From contig DASVRB010000365.1 in assembly GCA_036388835.1 (NCBI GenBank), positions 1-45,378 on the forward strand: 45,378 bases of DNA, given 5' to 3'. Each line of letters starts with the position of its first letter. Position 1 is the stretch's first letter. Under the pieces are notes generated by a model that was given only the letters and a program-made list of their open reading frames with translations, was not told the DNA's origin and did not search any database. This DNA is from Thermoanaerobaculia bacterium (GTDB taxonomy: Bacteria; Acidobacteriota; Thermoanaerobaculia; Gp7-AA8). Below are positions 41,223-45,378 of the stretch, piece by piece. Both the position numbers and the translations under genes were made by a program.

Positions 41223-41579
41223 GTGTCCCACCTCATCAGCGACGAACTCAGATACCGACTGCTCAAGTATGTCGACGAGCACCCGGACTCCTCCCAGCGC
41301 CAGGTTGCTCAGGCGCTCGGCATGAGCCTCGGGAAGGCGAACTATTGCCTTCACGCACTGATGGAGAAGGGGCTCGTGAAGATGCGCAACTTCACGAACA
41401 GCAACAGCAAAACGGCGTACGCGTACATCCTCACTCCTCAGGGCATCGAGGCAAAGATCGACGTCACGTACGCCTTCCTCCGCCGAAAAATGGCTGAATA
41501 CGATCACCTGCAGAAGGAGATCGAACAGTTGACGGCGGAGGTGACGGCGCTCGACGGCCAAGCCAACGGCGCCGGCTGA
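41223..41579 (+). CDS. EPS-associated MarR-family winged-helix regulator
   Basis: [74 protein letters not shown]...[19 protein letters not shown] matches the EPS-locus MarR pattern. GTG start at 41223. Confidence 0.8.
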   Translation: MSHLISDELRYRLLKYVDEHPDSSQRQVAQALGMSLGKANYCLHALMEKGLVKMRNFTNSNSKTAYAYILTPQGIEAKIDVTYAFLRRKMAEYDHLQKEIEQLTAEVTALDGQANGAG

Positions 41580-41679
41580 ACACAAGACCGGTGAATCGCC
41601 TCAGCCGAATCACTCGACCACGGGTAGGTGTGTACACCGAAGGGGGCGGAGCCTGTCCGCCGGACAGAGGAGTCCGACC

Positions 41680-42687
41680 ATGATTCTCGTCACCGGTGCG
41701 GCCGGTTTCATCGGAAGCCACGTAGCGAAGCGCCTGCTCGAGCGGGGAGACGACGTGGTCGGTCTCGACAACCTCAACGACTACTACGATCCGACCTTGA
41801 AGGAAGCGCGCCTGCGCCGGATCGCGCCGTTCGAGCGCTTCCGTTTCATCAAGGGCGACATTGCGGACCGGGAAGCGATGTCGCGGCTGTTCGCGGAGTA
41901 CAAACCGAAACGCGTCGTGCACCTCGCCGCGCAGGCGGGCGTCCGCTATTCGCTGACCAATCCGCACGCGTATGTCGAGGCCAACGTGCACGGTTTCCTC
42001 AATGTGCTCGAGGAGTGCCGCCACAATCAGGTCGAGCATCTCGTCTATGCGTCGACGAGCTCTGTTTACGGCGCCAATACGCGTCAGCCATTTTCAGAAA
42101 AACAGAACGTCGATCATCCGATCTCACTGTACGCCGCCACGAAAAAAGCCAATGAGCTGATGGCGCATACGTACTCGAGCCTGTTCCAGCTTCCTTCAAC
42201 CGGGCTCCGCTTTTTCACCGTGTATGGACCGTGGGGCCGGCCGGACATGGCGCTGTTCAAATTCACCCGCGGAATTCTGGCGGGCGAGGCCATACCGGTT
42301 TTCAATGAAGGAAAAATGGTTCGCGATTTCACGTTCATCGACGACATCGTCGAAGGGGTGATTCGCGCACTGGACCAGACCGCGCAGAGCGATCCTCAAT
42401 GGAGCGGCGACGATCCCGATCCCTCCGGGAGTTTCGCGCCGTACCGCATCTTCAATATCGGAAACAACAATCCGGTACAGCTTCTCGATTACATCGCCGT
42501 CATTGAGGAGTGCCTCGGGAAAAAAGCAAAACTCGAATTGCTCCCGATGCAGCCGGGCGATGTTCCAGCCACGATGGCCGACGTCAGCAGGCTCGAGCGT
42601 GCCGTCGATTTCCGGCCCGCCACGAGCGTTGCGGAAGGCGTGCGCCGCTTCGTCGATTGGTACCGCGATTATTACGGCGTGGCCTGA
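41680..42687 (+). CDS. UDP-glucuronate 4-epimerase (NAD-dependent SDR epimerase)
   Basis: [56 protein letters not shown]; 335 aa. Confidence 0.88.
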   Translation: MILVTGAAGFIGSHVAKRLLERGDDVVGLDNLNDYYDPTLKEARLRRIAPFERFRFIKGDIADREAMSRLFAEYKPKRVVHLAAQAGVRYSLTNPHAYVEANVHGFLNVLEECRHNQVEHLVYASTSSVYGANTRQPFSEKQNVDHPISLYAATKKANELMAHTYSSLFQLPSTGLRFFTVYGPWGRPDMALFKFTRGILAGEAIPVFNEGKMVRDFTFIDDIVEGVIRALDQTAQSDPQWSGDDPDPSGSFAPYRIFNIGNNNPVQLLDYIAVIEECLGKKAKLELLPMQPGDVPATMADVSRLERAVDFRPATSVAEGVRRFVDWYRDYYGVA

Positions 42688-42824
42688 TTTCAGGAATGGA
42701 CCGGGTCCGTTCTTCCTTCTTCCCGAAAAATTGTGGGCTGGATCACGGCGCCTTGCGCGAGCATGCCGTAATCTGACTGCACGATCGGTTCATCGGTCCG
42801 TCCAAACAAGAGAGGGAGCATCAA

Positions 42825-45378
42825 ATGACCAAGTCCCTGCGTATGCTCTGCGCGGCGTTCGCGCTGAGCGTGCTCGCTGCCACGAGTGCGGATGCTGCGA
42901 TGCAGCACAAGATCAACGGCGATTCGCTTTCGCCGCTCTCCCGCGATGTCAAAAAGGGTGAGAAGGTGCGCGTTGCCGGCGTTGCTGTCGGTGACGGCGA
43001 GGCGCGCGACCTGATCCTCGAGCGCTTCGAAGTCTTCCGTCCCGATGCGGCCATCGCGCTGTACGGTGCGAACGACGAGCTCCTCGAGACGCTCGACGCC
43101 CCCGAGACCCGCTACTTCCGCGGCCATGTCGACGGCGACGCGGATTCGCTCGTCTTCATCGGCGTCAGCGACAAGCGCCTCGAGGGCTTCGTCTTCCGCG
43201 GAGAGCGCCGCTTCGCCCTTGGCTCGACGCCGCGTCTCGCGGTCGGCGCACGCCGCGCGGGCATCGATCTCATGATCCAGGAGATCGAGGACATCGACGA
43301 CATTCCGCTCGACGGCCGCGGCTTCACGTGCGAGCTCGAGGGGATCAACGTCCGCTCCTCGCGTCCGCGCCTCTCCACCGTCATCAACGGCTTGAGCAAA
43401 GACGTCAGGACGAACGACGCTCTTTCGACCGGCACGGCCACCTGGACGCTGAACCTCGCCATCGACACCGATTACGAGCTGTACGTGAACTCCGGCAGCT
43501 CGGGTGCGAACGTCACGACCTTCATCGGCAATCTGATCGGCGCCGCGTCGACGATTTACCAGCGCGATCTGAAGACGGACCTGCAGGTGAGCTTCCTCGG
43601 CGTGCAGACCAGCAGTTCCGATCCGTTCGCGGTCGTCCCCGGCCAGAGCGGCACCTGGAACGGTGTCACCAAGACGCTCTCCTCCTTTCACGCGCTTCTC
43701 GAGCTCGGCGATCGCTGGCACAACACCCCGCCCGCTGCCGCCGCCGGCAAGCCGCGCTCCTCGACGCTCCTCATCAGCGGTAAGGCGCAGCTCGCCGGTA
43801 TCGCGTGGGTCGGCACCATCTGCTCCGGCGACTTCCCCTGCGCGAACGGCAACTGCGGCAACGCCGACGCGAACGGCCACTACGGCGGCGCGTACGCGTT
43901 CTGCGGCGGCATCGATCCTCCTGTTGACCTCTCCGTTCCGAATCCGAACGGCACCGTCAACTACGTCGCCGGCTCGAACTACTGGCCGCTGATCCAGACC
44001 ACGCACGAGCTCGGTCACAACGTCGGCAGCGACCACACGCACTGCATCACCCTCAATGAGGCCGACCAGGTCACCTACGGCCGTACGTACGTCGACACCT
44101 GCTACAACGGTCAGGCCGGCAGCGGCTGCTACGGCGGCACGAACATCACCCCGGCCGAGAAGGGCACGATCATGAGCTACTGCCACCTCAACGGCGGCGG
44201 CTCGCAGACGCGCTACACGTTCGGCAAGACCGGCGAGGCGACCTATGTCGTCCCTGCGGCGATGAAGAGCTGGATCGAGGCGTACACGCCGTCGCTCTCC
44301 AGCGTCACCGCGCCCGCCTCGGTTGCCGCGGGCGCGACCGGCAACGCCTCAGTCGCGGCCGTCGGCGGCATCACTTACGAATGGACCATCACCAACGGCG
44401 TGATCAACGGTTCGTCGACTTCGAACACCGTCAACTTCAGCGGTAGCGCGCACCCGGTCACCCTCCGTGTGAAGGCGACGAACAGCTCCGGCTGCTCGGT
44501 GTCCGACTACGCCACCATCTCCTACACCAACTGCACCTACTCGCTCGGTGCGAGCGCCGTGAACGTCGGCGCGGGCGCGCTCGGCGGCAACACCGTCAGC
44601 GTCACCGCGGGTGACAGCTGCGCGTGGACCGCGGTCAGCAACAGCGCGTTCATCAGCGTCACCGGCGGCGCCAACGGGACCGGCAACGGCACCGTGACGT
44701 ACTCGGTGCAGGCGAACATCGGCGGCGCACCGCGCGTCGGAACGCTGACCATCGCGGGCAAGACCTTCACCGTCAATCAGGCCGCGCAGCAGTCCTGCTC
44801 GGTCTCGGTGACGGACGGCACGTCGCGCTTCATCATTCGCGACGGCGCGAGCAACACCATCAACTTCACCTCTGCCTGCTCCTGGAGCGCCTCCTCGAAC
44901 GCGGCCTGGCTCGTCCTCAACAATCCGAGCGGCGTCGGCAACGGCCAGCTCTCGTTCACCGTGACGGCGAACCAGACCCGTTACCGCCGCATCGCGACCG
45001 TCACCATCAGCGGCACGCCGGTCACCATCACGCAGATGGGTACCTCGTTCCGCGGCGACTTCGACGGCAACGGCCGCGTCGACATGCTGTGGCGCAACCC
45101 GGTCAACGGGCAGAACCAGATTCGTCTGCAGACCGGCCTGACCAGCCTCGGTACCGTTGCGCTCCCGAGCGAAGCCGACGCCAACTGGTCGATCATCGGC
45201 GCCGGCGACTTCAACGCCGACGGCTCGCAGGACATCGTCTGGCGCAACACCAGCACCGGCGCGAACCGCGTCTGGTTCATGATCGGCACGACCTACACCG
45301 GTGTTGATGCGCTGGCCGGCGTGGCCAACACCGCCTGGCAGCTCGCCTCGGTCTTCCCGTACGACACGCAGGGCAGCT
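42825..45378 (+). CDS. Secreted metzincin (reprolysin/M12B-like) zinc metalloprotease with BACON-like and FG-GAP/VCBS repeats, 3'-truncated by the window end
   Basis: Not in the ORF track because no stop is reached. GAGGGAG then ATG 42825; signal peptide MTKSLRMLCAAFALSVLAATSADA. Propeptide-like RYFRGHVDGD...LEGFVF. Zinc site HELGHNVGSDH at 44004. Two C-x-W...GNG...T(I/V)xQ modules (about 44610-45050). GDFDGNGRVDMLWRN and GDFNADGSQDIVWRN follow. Confidence 0.8.
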   Translation, partial: MTKSLRMLCAAFALSVLAATSADAAMQHKINGDSLSPLSRDVKKGEKVRVAGVAVGDGEARDLILERFEVFRPDAAIALYGANDELLETLDAPETRYFRGHVDGDADSLVFIGVSDKRLEGFVFRGERRFALGSTPRLAVGARRAGIDLMIQEIEDIDDIPLDGRGFTCELEGINVRSSRPRLSTVINGLSKDVRTNDALSTGTATWTLNLAIDTDYELYVNSGSSGANVTTFIGNLIGAASTIYQRDLKTDLQVSFLGVQTSSSDPFAVVPGQSGTWNGVTKTLSSFHALLELGDRWHNTPPAAAAGKPRSSTLLISGKAQLAGIAWVGTICSGDFPCANGNCGNADANGHYGGAYAFCGGIDPPVDLSVPNPNGTVNYVAGSNYWPLIQTTHELGHNVGSDHTHCITLNEADQVTYGRTYVDTCYNGQAGSGCYGGTNITPAEKGTIMSYCHLNGGGSQTRYTFGKTGEATYVVPAAMKSWIEAYTPSLSSVTAPASVAAGATGNASVAAVGGITYEWTITNGVINGSSTSNTVNFSGSAHPVTLRVKATNSSGCSVSDYATISYTNCTYSLGASAVNVGAGALGGNTVSVTAGDSCAWTAVSNSAFISVTGGANGTGNGTVTYSVQANIGGAPRVGTLTIAGKTFTVNQAAQQSCSVSVTDGTSRFIIRDGASNTINFTSACSWSASSNAAWLVLNNPSGVGNGQLSFTVTANQTRYRRIATVTISGTPVTITQMGTSFRGDFDGNGRVDMLWRNPVNGQNQIRLQTGLTSLGTVALPSEADANWSIIGAGDFNADGSQDIVWRNTSTGANRVWFMIGTTYTGVDALAGVANTAWQLASVFPYDTQGS

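Noticed and set aside
42690-44186. 498-aa minus-strand ORF listed in the track
   Set aside because: It lies antisense to the metzincin gene, which has an SD, a signal peptide and an HExxHxxGxxH site. The antisense product is low-complexity.

Overview
This is a high-GC (roughly two-thirds G+C), densely coding bacterial chromosomal window. I saw no rRNA, tRNA, CRISPR array or transposase. The gene content (choice-of-anchor-D/IPT lipoprotein, FecR-like protein, EPS-associated MarR, NusG paralogue) suggests Acidobacteriota-like soil bacteria, but this cannot be verified here.

Gene order, left to right:
- Partial Cys-rich ORF, PAP2-like membrane protein, rpmB.
- Type IV pilus assembly operon pilMNOPQ, followed by two lipoproteins (one a large Ig/IPT protein), a TPR protein and a Roadblock/LC7 protein.
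- accB-accC, aroK and a metallophosphoesterase.
- FecR-like protein with a Trp/Tyr-rich block and an Arg/Ser/Gly tail.
- A translationally coupled module: small membrane protein, MscS-cNMP channel, NtrC-type sigma-54 activator, small protein.
- NPP-type phosphodiesterase, amidohydrolase, Uma2 endonuclease.
- A complete minus-strand histidine operon, hisZ-G-D-C-B-H-(A-F fusion)-IE.
- Hybrid histidine kinase, asnB, and a polysaccharide/EPS region (DegT aminotransferase, rhomboid, fcl, Wzz-like, NusG paralogue, EPS-MarR, UDP-glucuronate epimerase).
- A 3'-truncated metzincin with BACON-like and FG-GAP repeats that is missing from the ORF track.

The most notable findings:
- A 15-codon His-rich leader peptide (MTFNRAHRHHHHHHE) with terminator and antiterminator structures in front of hisZ.
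- An in-frame hisA-hisF fusion.
- An ETR1-like (ethylene-binding-type) sensor domain on the hybrid kinase.
- Two unrelated 83-nt intergenic hairpins with the same mirrored 4 x 7-nt repeat architecture.

Many long antisense or out-of-frame ORFs in the track are GC-composition artefacts.
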